Source: Chiloscyllium plagiosum
Lineage: Eukaryota
Direction: 5' to 3'
NCBI RefSeq assembly: GCF_004010195.1
Contig: NC_057718.1
Coordinates: 97,575,300 to 97,639,299, forward strand
DNA: 64,000 nt
The notes below the pieces were generated by a model, which was not told the origin of the DNA, searched no databases, and saw only the letters and a list, made by a program, of their open reading frames with translations. Below, one piece after another: positions 21,886 through 35,000 of this stretch. The stretch's first letter is position 1. Each line of letters opens with the position of its first letter. Position numbers and translations under genes: made by a program.

Positions 21886-24424
21886 CCATTTTTTATGTAT
21901 GTTACCTGTTTGATACTGATGTAAGATTTCAGTGAAGTGGTCACCCAGCACTTTCTGGTGCCTTGTCATTTTTCTTTTATTCATTTCTGGGCCGGGCCAG
22001 CATGTATGCCCCATCCCTAGGTGCCCCTTGAGAAAGTGGGGATAGTGAGCGGCCTTCTTGAACCACTGGAGTCCACCTGCCTGTCATTTACTCCTCCACT
22101 AACATCATTGAAGAAAATAATGATTGGAGAGCACTTACTCATTAGTATATGTGGAACATGGTCTTAGACAAGATGTTTTGTCATGCATTGTTTTCTTAAC
22201 AAGTTCAATCTTATCACCGTGACTGCACTTGAAAAGTTGACAGGAGAGCTGTTGACTGCCTTAAATCTGAGTTAAGTTGTTTGTGTTAAACCTGAAATGC
22301 AGCATTGGCCTTCCAGTCATAGTGTCATAAAGCCCTTTGATCCAACACGTCCATGCTGACCAGATAGCCTAAATTCATGGAGTCCCAATGGCCAACATTT
22401 GGTCCTCTAAACCCTTCCTGTTCATGTCCCCATCCAGATGCCTTTTAAATGTTGCAATTGTACCAGCCTCCACCACTTCTCATTCCATACACGTACCACC
22501 CTCTGTGTGAAAAAGCTGCCCCTTAGGTCCCTTTTAAATCTTGCCTCTCTCACCATCAACCTATGCCCTCTAGTTTTGTTCTTCCCCACCCCAGGGAAAA
22601 GACCTGGTCTGGTCACCCCATCCATGCCCTCATCATTTTATAAGCCTCTAAAATGGCCCCTGCATCGCAGTTTCAATTCAGTTCAATTTTTGACGCTTCT
22701 TTTTGTCCAACAGCAGAGAGATATTCTAGACTCAAGTTAACTAAAGTAAAATCATCAGGGGAGAGACATTATACTCTAGAACTTGGAACAGAATTTTTTT
22801 TTTAAGCAAAGCACAGCAGATGCTGGAAATGTGAAATAAAATCAGCAAGTGCTGGAGAAACTCAGCAGATCTGGCAGTATCTGTGGAGAGACAAAAGCAG
22901 AGTTAATGTTTTGAGTCAATTATATTGGGCTCAAACCTCTCCACAGATGCTGCCAGACCTGCTGAGTTTCTCCAGCACTTTCTGCTTCAACCATGGGAGG
23001 GAACCTTAATTGTGTTGGATTGCCCACAAACCAGGCCCTTAATTTAGCAAATAAACGAGTTCAAAGAGCACATACTTCCTGTGCAATAAACATTTCGGTG
23101 AACAGTTGAGGGAAAAAAACATGTTTTTAAGTACGTAAGACCAGGAAATGAATCACTAGAATCTTCAATTTGCACAGTCTGCATGAAGAGGCCATGTATC
23201 TGTGTCCAGGCAACACTGCCATTGAGAGGCACCTTGATGTAGTTCACAAATAAACGCAGTGAAGCTAGGAAGGGAGAGGTCAGGGAGAGGCAGTGAAAGT
23301 TTGGTCATGTCGTTGGGATTTTGGGAATCGGCGACATTTAGGAGGGGGCTTGGAAAAGGTTTCTGAAGAGTCCAGAGCGAACGCCGCTCTGCTGCCAAGG
23401 TTTGAGGGAGAGGGTTGGTGGTGGGCAGAAGGAACAAGGTTTGAGAGGGGATGTGGTGGTGCCTGAGGACACTGCAGAGTTAACATGGTCCCACGGTTAA
23501 GGAGAAAGGTTATACAATTTCATGCAATGAGAAATGGAAAGGACAGGAAGAAATAAATAGGAAGCAGATTTGTCCGACTGTTTGTAATCCTTCCAAACAG
23601 CGGTGTCTTGTTCCTGCAGGAGGATTCAAACTACCAAACTGAAAGAAAACTTGACATCAAGCCAAGCTTTGATTTCAGTCCAATAATTCCCAAAACCCTG
23701 GCTGTGTTGCAAGTGAAATTAAAGGGCTGTCATAGTTGAAACAGGAACGATTCCCATTTCTGTTGCAGTGGTGTGATGCGGAAAGGTTTATCATCGCGAC
23801 AAAGATCAAACCGAGTTTGTTTCTTCGTACCAATGCATCAGGATGAAAAGCAATCGGTGTATGTGGTCGTGAGCTGTTGTGCACTGAGTTGCTACAAACA
23901 GATGGCAGGATAAGTGTATGCTTCTCCAACATGACGGAAAACACAAGGAAATGTGCAAGATGTGATCTTAACTACAAACCTGATCAATGGCTTTTATTGA
24001 AAGTTTTTTGTTTGAGTTGAGCTGACTCTCCATCTCCCCAGCTTCCACCTGTCAGACAGGTTGAGCATTCAGCTTGTTGTTCCTTCTCTGTACCATAACA
24101 TGAACGAAAGCAGCATGATTGATCACTGAGACCGGCCCCAAGCAATACTGATGTTATTTTCTGGATGAGCGGCAGACACATTGGCGGATCTATTTGGAAA
24201 GCAGGGCAGTTTGATCCTGTTTCAGTTGGAGTTAATGGAAGGCAATTTCAGGGACTCCTTGGGAACTGTATTCAGGCTTTATTCGCTACAACCAATCATG
24301 GGTTCTGACAGGTGTGATGGATAGCATCCCATTGACAAGCTGCAAAGAGTTGAGTGACTGAGAACAGGATGCAAAGTGTGGCATTGTTTGCAATAATGTT
24401 GATAATGAACCTTTAAGCGGATAT

Positions 24425-25005
24425 CATAGAGTCATCGAGACATACAGCACGGAAACAGACACTTAGGGCCAACTCGTGCACGCCAACCAGATATCCTAAC
24501 CTTAATCTAGTCCATTTGCCAGCACTTGGCCCATTACCCTCTAAACCCTTCATTTCATATATCCAGATGTCTTTTAAATGTTGTAATTGTACCAGCCTCG
24601 ACCACTTCCTCTGGCAGCTCATTCCATACACGCACCGCCCTCTGCGTGAAAAAGCTGCCCCTTAGGTCTCTTTTATATCTTTCCCCTCTGACCCTAACCC
24701 TATGCCCTCTAGTTCTGGACTCCCTCCAACCAAGGGAAAAGATGTTTCCTATTTCCCCTATCCGTGCCCCTCATCATTTTATAAACCTCTATCAGGTCAC
24801 CCCTCAGCCTCGATGCTCCAGGGAAAACAGCCCCAGCCTGTTCAGCCACTCCCTAGAGCTCAAATCCTCCAACCCTGGCCACATCCTGGTAATTTTTTTC
24901 TGAACCCTTTCACGTTTCACAACATCCTTCTGATAGGAAGGAGACCAGAATTGCACGCAATATTCCAACAGTGGTCTAACCAATGTCCCGTACAGCCGCA
25001 ACATG
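24425..25005 (-). mobile_element. CR1/HER1 LINE 3' fragment
   Basis: ORF MLRLYGTLVRPLLEYCVQFWSP...RLGLFSLE (CR1 ORF2 C-terminus) and 3' UTR. Another fragment lies at ~22317-22650(-). Confidence 0.9.
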
Positions 25006-25204
25006 TCTTCCTAAATGTTTGTACGTGTTGTCACCATTTCAGAGTAAAAGGTGCCCTCACTCCCAAATGTTGTGGAGTCATTACAGCATTGAAGGATGTT
25101 GTTCAGCCCATTGAGTCCATGCCATCTCTCTGTAGAGCGTTCTAGTCAGTCCCATTCCCTCCCCTCTATCCCTGTGACCCTGAAAGGTTGTTTGCCTTGA
25201 ATAG

Positions 25205-25425
25205 GCGAAAGTGAGGACTGCAGATGCTGGAGACCAGAGTTGAAAAGTGTGGTGTTGGAAAAACACAGCAGGCCAGGCAGCATCCGAGGAGCAGGAGAAT
25301 CGACGTTTACGGCACAAGCCCTTCTTCAGGATTCCTGAAGAAGGACTGATGCCCGAAACGTCGATTCTCCTGCTCCTCGGATGCTGCCTGGGCTGCTGTG
25401 TTTTTCCAGCACCACACTTTTCAAC
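25205..25425. mobile_element. Palindromic Penelope-derived element with hammerhead core
   Basis: Inverted arms around CTTCTTCAGGATTCCTGAAGAAG. The plus arm reads CTGAAGA...GCCCGAAACGTCGA. Confidence 0.8.
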
Positions 25426-25884
25426 TGCTTGCCTTGAGTGTCAGTCCAATCCTTTTTGAAATCATTGATCATCCCTCCGGCCACTGCCATCATCAATGGC
25501 TGTGGATTCCGGCGCATCACTCCTCATGGAGTTCTTTCTCATGTAGCCCTGCACCCCCTGCCCAATCACTGTGTTCCCCAGCCCTTGTGATATCAGCTCA
25601 TGGCCATAACCTTTCTTTACCAACCGTTCATTGTGCAGGGTTTTAGAAGAGCTCCTGTTTTGGACTATCTCTTTAATTTAAATGTAGGAATGAAGAGGGA
25701 GTAAGGAGTAAATATGATTCCCTGTCCTTTCTGCCCGACAATGAGCTAGTCTGCCTTGGTGACTTGGACACAGAGGGGCCCTGGATAGGCTATTGAAATG
25801 TGTATGTCATATTGCACAACTGTGAACAAAGGCAAGAATGGCAGAACTGTTTGAAAACACTTCTTTTTTTAGTTTATTTCATTT

Positions 25885-26730
25885 GATTTGATTTATTATC
25901 GTCATGTACCTACGCACAGTGAAAAACTTTGATATGCATGAAGTGCAGACAGATCATACCATACAAAGTGCGTAAGGGTAATAGAATAGAGTGAGGAATA
26001 CAGTCTTACAGCTGCAGAGAAGGTACACAGAGAGCGAGATCAACATTAAATTTAAAATTTGAGGTCCATTCATCAGTCTAATACAAGTACACAATCCTTT
26101 ATCCGAAAAACTCCAAATTCCAAAGTTTTTCGTCTGAAGTTTTCTTTCTCCATAGCAAGGTTGTTTGGCATGTAAACACTTAACCCAACTCCACACCCAC
26201 TCGCCCCACGTGACTCAGATGTGACTTGGCCCAGCACTGGCAGGCATCAATTCTGTCTCAGCATTCATAGTACTCACACGTGCGTCTGCTGGTCGGTAAG
26301 ATTTTTAAAAATTTCACCGTGAAACTGTCACTTATTCAGAAATCCAAAAAATTCAGAATTCTGAAAACCAGCTGGCCCCGAGGGTTTTGGATAAAGGATT
26401 GTGTACCTGTAACAGCGGGGAAGAAGCTGTTCTTGAATCTGTTGGTCCATGTGTTTAAGCTTTTGTATCTTCTGCCTGATGGAATAGGTTGGAAGAGATT
26501 ATAACTGGGATGGGAGGGGTCTTTGATGATGTTGGCTGCCTTTCTGAGGTAGCGAGTATTGTAGTTGGAGTTGGTTTGTGTGATGGACTGGGCTGTGTTC
26601 ACAACTCTCTGTAGTTTCTTACAGTCCTGGGCAGAGCAGTTGCCGTACCATGCTGTGATGCATCCGGATAGGGCATTTACAAAAATTGTTTTTACGGACA
26701 TGTCGAATTTCCTTAGCCCCCTGAGGAAGT
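25885..26730 (-). mobile_element. Rex1/Babar-type LINE 3' fragment (second copy ~27095-27495)
   Basis: LSGCITAWYGNCSAQDCKKLQRVV...IIKDPSHP...LFQPIPSGRRYKSL...RFKNSFFPA is the characteristic Rex/Babar ORF end. Confidence 0.85.
26084..26409. mobile_element. Tc1/mariner (pogo/Tigger-like) MITE, 326 bp
   Basis: ~25-bp TIRs CAAGTACACAATCCTTTATCCGAAA / TTTTGGATAAAGGATTGTGTACCTG, TA on both sides (26082-83, 26410-11). The host LINE resumes after it. Confidence 0.9.
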
Positions 26731-27937
26731 TCAGCCTCAGAAATATTTTGCACAGTAAGAGTGATCTGTCAGAATGGATAGATGGAAGCTCTGATAGCAG
26801 TCAGGAGAATGCTGTATTTCTGTGGACTATCAGACTGAATATGGCAATGAACATAGTCTCTGGTTGAAGAGAAGTATCCCATGATGCTATGAGAGATTTG
26901 TACATGCCTGACCAGGGCAGGGAATTGCTGAGAGAAGGCCTTGCTGCTGGAGTTCAGTTCAAGACTTCTCAGGAAGCTGAAAGAACATTGCTTAACAATT
27001 ACTCAACATTATGACTCCACTATGCAGGGAGAAGCTGACCTGCTCAAAGCTGAGAATGCTATTAGATGAGAACAGGCCATAAAGTATAAATATGGTGTGC
27101 TTTATTTGATTTATTATTGTCACATGTACCAAGATATAGTGAACAGTATTGTTTTGTGTGCTATACAGACAAATCTTACCTCACTTAAGTACTTTGGGGA
27201 GAGAGAACAGAATGCAGAACATAGTGTTACAGCTACAGAGAAGGTGCAGAGAAAGATCAACTCTAATATATGGGAGGTCCATTCATACGTCTGATCACAC
27301 CAGGGAAGAAGCTGTTGTTGAATCTGTTGGGGCGTGTATTCAAACTCCTGTATCTTCTGCCTGATGGCAGTGGATGGAAGAGATTATAACCAGAATGGGA
27401 GAGGTTTTTGATGATGATGGCTGCTTTCCCGAGGCAGTGGGGAGTATAGACGGATTCTATGGATGGAAGGCTGGTTTGCTTTATGGACTGGGGAGGTCAA
27501 AGAAGAAGATATCATTCCTGTCATTTAGATTACTAGTTTCCTACTATGTAGTGCTTAGTCAATGTTGCTTTTAGATTATTTGTTTCCGTAAAACTCTTAA
27601 AATTATGAATATTTACATGCAACTCCTTTAAACCTGAGAATTCAAATATTTTTTAAACAAATTAGCATTCTCAACTGTGAGCAGAACTTTATCTAAACCT
27701 GTTTTAGCGTTATATACGGCTATCAAATCCTCAACTGCTTTGGAATAAAGGTCTTTTGTTGAACATTTTCACACAAATGCTGGATGATTCGCATGAAAAG
27801 ATGTTGCAAGTTTATCAAAGCATTTGCTTTCTCATCTCAAATGGATTGATGCTTCGGTTAAACTATTTGACAAAAGAGCTTCTTATAAATATGTTAAGAA
27901 TTCCTATACAACGGTTTCATGAGCTGTTTTTGAGGCA

Positions 27938-28420
27938 GACCAGCCAATAGGCTGCTGACTAATGAGAGAGGGAGATGACTGGTAGTGGTTTAAGCTGAGG
28001 TTCAGCGCCCCTCAGGTGAGGGGAAAGGTTGAGAAGGAGAGTCCTTCATGGTCACCTCAGTTGCTGTGGGAATTGAATCCACACTGTTGGTGTCTCCCTG
28101 CATCGCAAACCAACCATCCAGCGAACTGAGCTATCTGATCCCCATATACTATGTAGCTCTGGACTGTAAAACTAACTAACAATTAACACAAGACTGACTA
28201 GCTTTTTCTAGAAACAGTAATTTATGTCACGTTTTATATCTCCATTTCCAGTTTAGTCGGCACATATATTCACTAAAGAGGCTGCAATCATTTCAGTTTT
28301 GTGAAATTGTATGTAATGCATAATGATATGACACTGGCATTATTGGGATACTTTCTTTACACTGTAATGTAATAATCTATCATTACTCTAATGGATGAAC
28401 AAGGTGCAAGGACGGTTAAT
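27938..28420 (+). repeat. 483-bp direct repeat, copy 1 (SINE part plus non-SINE flank)
   Basis: GACCAGCCAATAGGCTGCTG...GGTTAAT matches 29052-29534 with scattered substitutions only. Confidence 0.95.
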
Positions 28421-28669
28421 GCACAGGATTTCAATGAGAATTTTTTAAAATGACTGAATCGTGCTCTGATGAACCAGGTTATGACTGGTTTAACATAAAT
28501 CATCTTCCATTACCATCTCAACAACGTTGTGTTTAATATTGTGTGTGATTTCATAACATTTTGCACTCTGCAGCTTGCTCAGTTCTCAGAGAAACAGGAA
28601 TAGAAAGTTATCTATTCTTTAATCAAAAACACACAAAATCTTAACTATTTATTAATATCTGTTCTACAG

Positions 28670-28792
28670 CATCCTCCAATCCTGAGGAGCCAGATGCTAC
28701 GCAACAATCCAATGTGGATGGATCAGACAAGCCCATTGACAAAGTAGGAAAGGAGGTGGCTGATCAGAAAGCAATTGGCAGAAAATCTATAG
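28670..28792 (+). CDS. PLCB1: Phospholipase C beta, X-Y linker exon (123 nt, phase 1-1)
   Basis: ttctacag acceptor and AG/gtcaga donor. Open frame xSSNPEEPDATQQSNVDGSDKPIDKVGKEVADQKAIGRKSIG joins in frame to the next exon. Low sequence conservation, so this exon is less certain than the others. Confidence 0.7.
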
Positions 28793-29051
28793 GTCAGAAT
28801 TTTTGATAGTTATCAATATATTGTGTTGGTTCTCAGACTGATAGATTTGTCTGGGAGCTGACCAGAAGTGTTGCTGGTGTAAAGAGTTAAATTGTAACAA
28901 TGAGATGTTGTTCTATGCAAAAAATTGTCTACTGATGGCTTAGTCATGTGTTTGGAATTGGACCCAAAGTTATGTCTTAAGTATGGCTTCCTGAGTCTGT
29001 AACACTTTCTCTATGAAGTCTTCATTTTAAGGTTAAAAGTTGCCATAATTG

Positions 29052-29534
29052 GACCAGCCAATAGGCTGCTGACTAATGAGAGAGGGAGATGACTGGTAGT
29101 GGTTTCAGCTGAGGTTCAGCGCCCCTCAGGTGAGGGGGAAGGTTGAGAAGGAGAGTCCTTCATGGTCACCTCAGTTGCTGTGGGAATTGAATCCACACTG
29201 TTGGTGTCTCCCTGCATCGCAAACCAACCATCCAGCCAACTGAGCTATCTGATCCCCATATACTTTGTAGGTCTGGACTGTAAAACTAACAAACAATTAA
29301 CACAAGACTGACTAGCTTTTTCCAGAAACAGTCATTTAAATCTCGTTTTATATCTCCATTTCCAGTTTAGTAGACACATATATTCACTAAAGAGGCTGCA
29401 ATCATTTCAGTTTTGTGAAATTGTATGTAATGCACAATGATGTGACACTGGCATTATAGAGATACTTTCTTTACACTGTAATGTAATGATCTATCATTAC
29501 TCTAATGGATGAACATGGTGTAAGGATGGTTAAT
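29052..29534 (+). repeat. 483-bp direct repeat, copy 2
   Basis: Same length and sequence as 27938-28420, offset 1114 bp. Confidence 0.95.
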
Positions 29535-31985
29535 ACATCAGTCATGGATGATAAGATGAGAAACACAGGATATGGAGTCGGCAGTTCAGTTCTTCACAGG
29601 ATCCCTACAGTGTGGAAGCAGGCCATTCAGCCCATACTAGTCCTCCAAATAGCATCCCACCCAGACTGACCCAATCCCTATGACCTTACATTGCCCACGG
29701 TTATTCCACCCAACCTGTATGTCTTTGGACTGTGAGAGGGAACCCACGCAGACACACAGGAGAAAGTGCAAACTCCACACAGACAGTCACCCGAGGCTGG
29801 AATCGAACCCAAGACCCTGACGCTATGGGGCAGCTGTGCTGAACACTGTGCCACCCCATGTCATGCATACTTTTTAACAAATTTGGTGTGTAATGGGATG
29901 TGGGCCAGTCTTCAATCGCCCTCTCTAGCTGCCCAGAGTAGTTAGTTTGACCATTTCAGAGAGATGTCAAGCCTCACCCATAGTCACGGGGAGCCTGGGG
30001 TCTGATGTAGACCAGACGGTGTAAGAATGGCAGATAATCCTTTCTTATAACTGAGTAATTAGATTATCAGGAAATAGGCTACTTCTAAATAGTGACAGCT
30101 CTCTACAGCATTAAGTCCATCTTAAACACAATTCTATAGCAGTCTCTGCCTTGGACCAATTACTGGAGAGAGTAATAGTGTGAGGTTACCTTAGCGAGAT
30201 CTCTGGGCATCGATACGGCAGGAGATTCCGGAGATCACGATTTAAGTATTCAATGATCCGGTTGCTCAGAGGATCCATTTAGGTTTAAGTTTGTTTGAAC
30301 GTGGAGTTGGGAGGGTGGGGTGAAGAGTTCAGTCACCTAACCCCTAGAGCATTTATTATGAGTGTTGTTTTTAAAATGTGGGACGCCATTGTTCAGAAAA
30401 AGAAGGATTGCAAGAACACCCTGAAAGTAATATCTCTGCAGGAGTTTATAAATCTCAAGAGTCAGCTTCCAAGGTGACTTGAGAAAAAAGCAGATGTGAG
30501 TGTTTAAGGAAGATGAACCAGTACTCATTGCCATGTTCAAGCACCAGAGTTTTGGCCCCCTTGTGGGACATGAGAGCCCCTGGCAAAGGCAGCCTTTGTT
30601 GGCAACCTCTTAGTGCCTTTGGTTAGGCTAGACCACTCCAGAGGCCTAACCACAATCAAAGAGTCAACCGCAAGAGATGGCAGGAGGAGGCTGCTCGGCC
30701 CCTCGGACCTACTGTGCCAGTCACGAGGTTGCTGGCTGATCTGACACTCCAGATCCTCACTTTCCCACCCTTTCCTCAAACTACGTGGATGAGGATATCA
30801 AGTGTCCGCCCTGAAAGGGCATTAGTGAACCAGATGAGGCTTTCTTATGACTCCAGATGGTGGTTTCATGGTCACCTTCAGTGAGACTCGGTGTTACATT
30901 CTAGGTTTATTCATTTAAAGTCCGCCAGCTACTGTAAAGAGATTGAGTATGTGTCTCCGAACATTAGCCTGAGCTGCTGATTACTAGTTTCACTGTGCAA
31001 CCATCTCCCCCAAAACGTCCAAATGGTGGTTGGAAATGTGTACGCCAATACAACATGTTTGTCCACACTGTTAAGTCCCTTTTTCACGGGGTATCTTATG
31101 GAAATTCAGAAAATTATAAAGGGAATAGATTAGGAGCAGGGAGGTTATTTCCACTGGGGTGTGAAACGAGAACGAGGGGGCATTGCCTCAAAATAAGGAG
31201 GGAGCAGATTTCGAACTGGGTCGAGGAGGAACTTCTTCACCCAAAGGGGTTGTGAATCTGTGGAATTCCCTGCCCAGTGAAGCAGTTGAGACTACCTCAG
31301 TGAATGAAGGGTTACGGTGGGCAGGCGGGTAAGTGGAGCCGAGTCCATGAAAAGATCAGTCATGATCATGTTGAATGGTGGAGCAGGCTCAGTGGGTCAG
31401 ATGGCCTACTCCTGTTTTTAATGTTTCCTAAACAATTATCACCTTGTTCTTTATGATCTCACAGCCTCTCATTAATGGCCTCGATGTATAATGTTAATGT
31501 TTGCACATAAGATAATGGTAGATAATAAATAACCCCATTCTGCAAGCAAGCCTAATCGACAAGTTCGAGAGATTTATTTCTCTTCTTCAACATCTGCCCC
31601 GATTTGATACCCTCCCCCAACGCTCTCATTGAAGTACTGATTCTTCCTTGAGTACTGTCCAAGGGCACTTGCTGCTCACCAATATACTGACTGAGTGCTT
31701 TTCACAATGAATGCTGCACGAGATGGCTTTTACCAAGCCTGGGCTTTGTCCTTCACCATTGGTGTCCACACATTAGCACTTCTGGCAGGAGTTGCTATCA
31801 CAGAGCAGGAGCTCTGACTGCCCATCCTACTCCCAGGGTCACTGAAGCCCCTGTATAGTCAGCCCATAAGTACGTTGTAAATCGCAGTGCTGTTCATTTC
31901 ATTTATTTTTGTGCAAACACTTGACTGTATTGATTGACCTTTGCTACAAGTAACGTTGAAGTTAATTATTAACAAACATTTGCAG

Positions 31986-32056
31986 GCGATGGAGAAGCAG
32001 AAAGTGAAGAGGAAGAAGATGATGATGAAGATTCCAAGAAATCCTCAATGGATGAG
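31986..32056 (+). CDS. PLCB1: Phospholipase C beta, acidic X-Y linker exon
   Basis: tttgcag / gtaggc. Encodes GDGEAESEEEEDDDEDSKKSSMDE, matching the PLCB1 acidic stretch ending KKSSMDE. Confidence 0.9.
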
Positions 32057-35000
32057 GTAGGCCATGCCACTGAATCGTTTATTTCACTTGGGGTATCTGT
32101 ACAGTACTCACTCCAAGGCTCCTCACCACTGAAGCCCTGTTCAAAATAATATGCTTCCCTGAGCATGCTCAGTAATGCTCATGTGCAAATGATGTCACAT
32201 CTAAGTGTTTGGTCACATGCCTTTCCCAATGAGTACGCATGTGTAGTTGCTGACGATTGCTGGTGTTAGCAAACACTGCCAAAGTAAATATAGTTCAGTT
32301 TCTGGATAAATAATCAGAACAATCTATCATATTCTGTAGGCCACTTAAAACAATTAACTTATCTGATTCTGTGCTGTGAACTTCGCCCAACAGTTCCTCC
32401 AAGATTAGTTGTGAATTTCACTGCTTGTTACTTTTCCCAGACGCACTCCGATGTCCAGCAATACATGAGTTCAAACAGCAAGGGCAGTGTCAGTTTCTTT
32501 CTCTCCCTCTCTCCTGCACTGACCACACCATATGCTGCCTGAAGGGAAACGCCAACTCACCTGCTCCTCTGATGCTGCTTGACCTGCTGTGCTTTTTCCA
32601 GCTCCACACTTTGTCCACGATCACATGGAGTTAATCAAATTGGCTGAAGACTAGGTGTCTGTGATACTGGGGACACTTGGAGGAGCCTGAGATGGATCAC
32701 CCAATTAACAAAACTGGCTAAAGAGTATTGCGAATGCTTCAGCTGTCTCTTTTGCACCCCGATGCTGGCAGGTGGGACTAGATTGGGTTGGGATATCTGG
32801 TCGGCATGGATGGGTTGGACCAAAGGGTCTGTTTCCATGCTGTACATCTCGATGATTCTATGACTCTATATTCAATTTGGAGTTATGTCCAAGGTTGATT
32901 GTTTGAGCAATATCCCACCATTGGTAGCTGTTGAGCATGTTGTTAAACACCGCAAGATAGACACATGCACAATGTTCCCTGTTAGTTACTCATTAGATTA
33001 GATTAGATTAGATTACTTACAGTGTGGAAACAGGCCCTTCGGCCCAACAAGTCCACACCGACCCGCCAAAGCGCAACCCACCCAAACCCATTCCCCTACA
33101 TTTACCTCTTCACCTAACACTATGGGCAATTTAGCATGGCCAATTCACCTAACCTGCACATTATTTTTTTTGGATTGCGGGAGGAAACCGGAGCACCCAG
33201 AGGAAACCCACGCAGACACGGGGAGAATGTGCAAACTCCACACAGAGAGTCGCCAGAGGCGGGAATTGAACCCGGGTCTCTGGCGCTGTGAGGCAGCAGT
33301 GCTAACCACTGTGCCACAGTGCCGCCCACTCGTATTAACATAATCATGATTAGTGTCATTAGCCATTGGCAGTGTCCCACCTCTGAGTCCAACAGTCAAG
33401 AGATTTCAGTCCATATCTCATTAGACCACATTTGGAGTATTGGTCGCATTTCTCAGGAAGGATCACTAGCCCTGGACTAGTTCATGAGAATGGTCCCGGA
33501 ATGAAAAGCTTAACATAGGAGGAATGCGTGAAGAATCTGGGTATATACTCGATAGTGTTCGGAAGGATGAGGGAGGGGATCTAATTGAAACATACAGAAT
33601 ACTGAATGGCCTGGACAGTGTGGATATTGGGAAGATGTTTCCATTGGTGGGAGAGACTAGGACTCCAGGGCACAGCCTTAGAGTAAAGGGATGATCTTTT
33701 AGAACGGAGATAAGGACAAATATCTTCACACCTTATCATTGAGGTCATTGAGTATATGTAAGACTGAGATAGATCGGATCTTTACTGTGAAAAAGATCAA
33801 GGACTACAGAGAGAAAGCGGGACAATGGGGTTGAAAAACGTGACAGGCATGATTTAACAGTGGAGCAGAGTTGATGGGCTGAATAGTCTAATTACTGCTC
33901 CTATGTCTTCTGGTGTTATCTAGGCTGGCACTTCAGCACATTACTGAGGAGGTCCTGCGCTGTCTCAGGTGCCGTGTTTTAGATGACTCAATAAACTGAT
34001 CATCTATCTGACCCCTCAAGTGGCTGTTAGAAATACCCAAAAAGGAAAATCTCTCAATGTTTCGGCCAACACTAAACCTTGAACCACAATTGTATTGGAG
34101 AAAATATTGTTCTCTGGTCATTTACCTCATTACTGAGACTTTGCTGTGTGGAGATTTGTGACCATGTCACAACAGTAGCTAAACCTCACTGACTGTGAAA
34201 TCTCTCAGTTGAGAATCCAGTGCTCCCTCCACGGCGCCTGCAAAGATATAACTTGCCAGAACATCACACTTCCAATAAGTTAACATTTAATTTTGTTTTA
34301 AAAATGACAGTTTTGTATAGTTAACAGAAAACTTGTATTTATAATGCACCTCTATGTCACATCTCAAAGCATTTTCTCGTCTTTGACACACTAATGATGT
34401 GCACCCAGGTGAAAAACCCAGCAGTGAATTTGCACACAGAAAGCTCCCACAAACTATCAAAATAGTAGTGAATCAATTATCTGGTTTATCTTCGAAGATA
34501 AATATTAGCCAGGGTACCAGGGATAACTACCCTACTCTCTGAAATAATGTCGAGAGAGCAGGTTTCAGTTTAATGTCTCCTCTGACTGTGCAGCACTCCC
34601 TCAGAACAACACTGAAGCATCAGCTTTGACCTGTGTGTGTGTGTGGGACATTGAATGCATGAAGCAATAGCTAAGACTCTTTTTTGCAAGGTTTGTGACT
34701 CCATTTATTTCATTATGTTCAGCTTCAGAAAAGGTGATTAGATTAGATTCCCTACAGTATGCAAACAGGCCCTTCAGCCCAACAAGTGCACACTGACCCT
34801 CTGAAGAGTAACCCATCCAGACCCAATCCCTTATATTTACCCCTTACTAATGCACCTAACACTATGGGCAATTCAGCATGGCCAATTCACCTGACCTACA
34901 CATCTTTGGACTGTGGGAGGAAACCCACACAGACACGGCAAGAATGTGCAAATTCCACACAGACAGTAACCCGAGACTGGAATCGAACTCTGGTCTCTGG

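Noticed and set aside
23590..24400. Unique-looking segment that might be a decayed gene
   Set aside because: The plus-strand frames contain multiple stops, the minus-strand ORFs are short, and no motif is recognisable.
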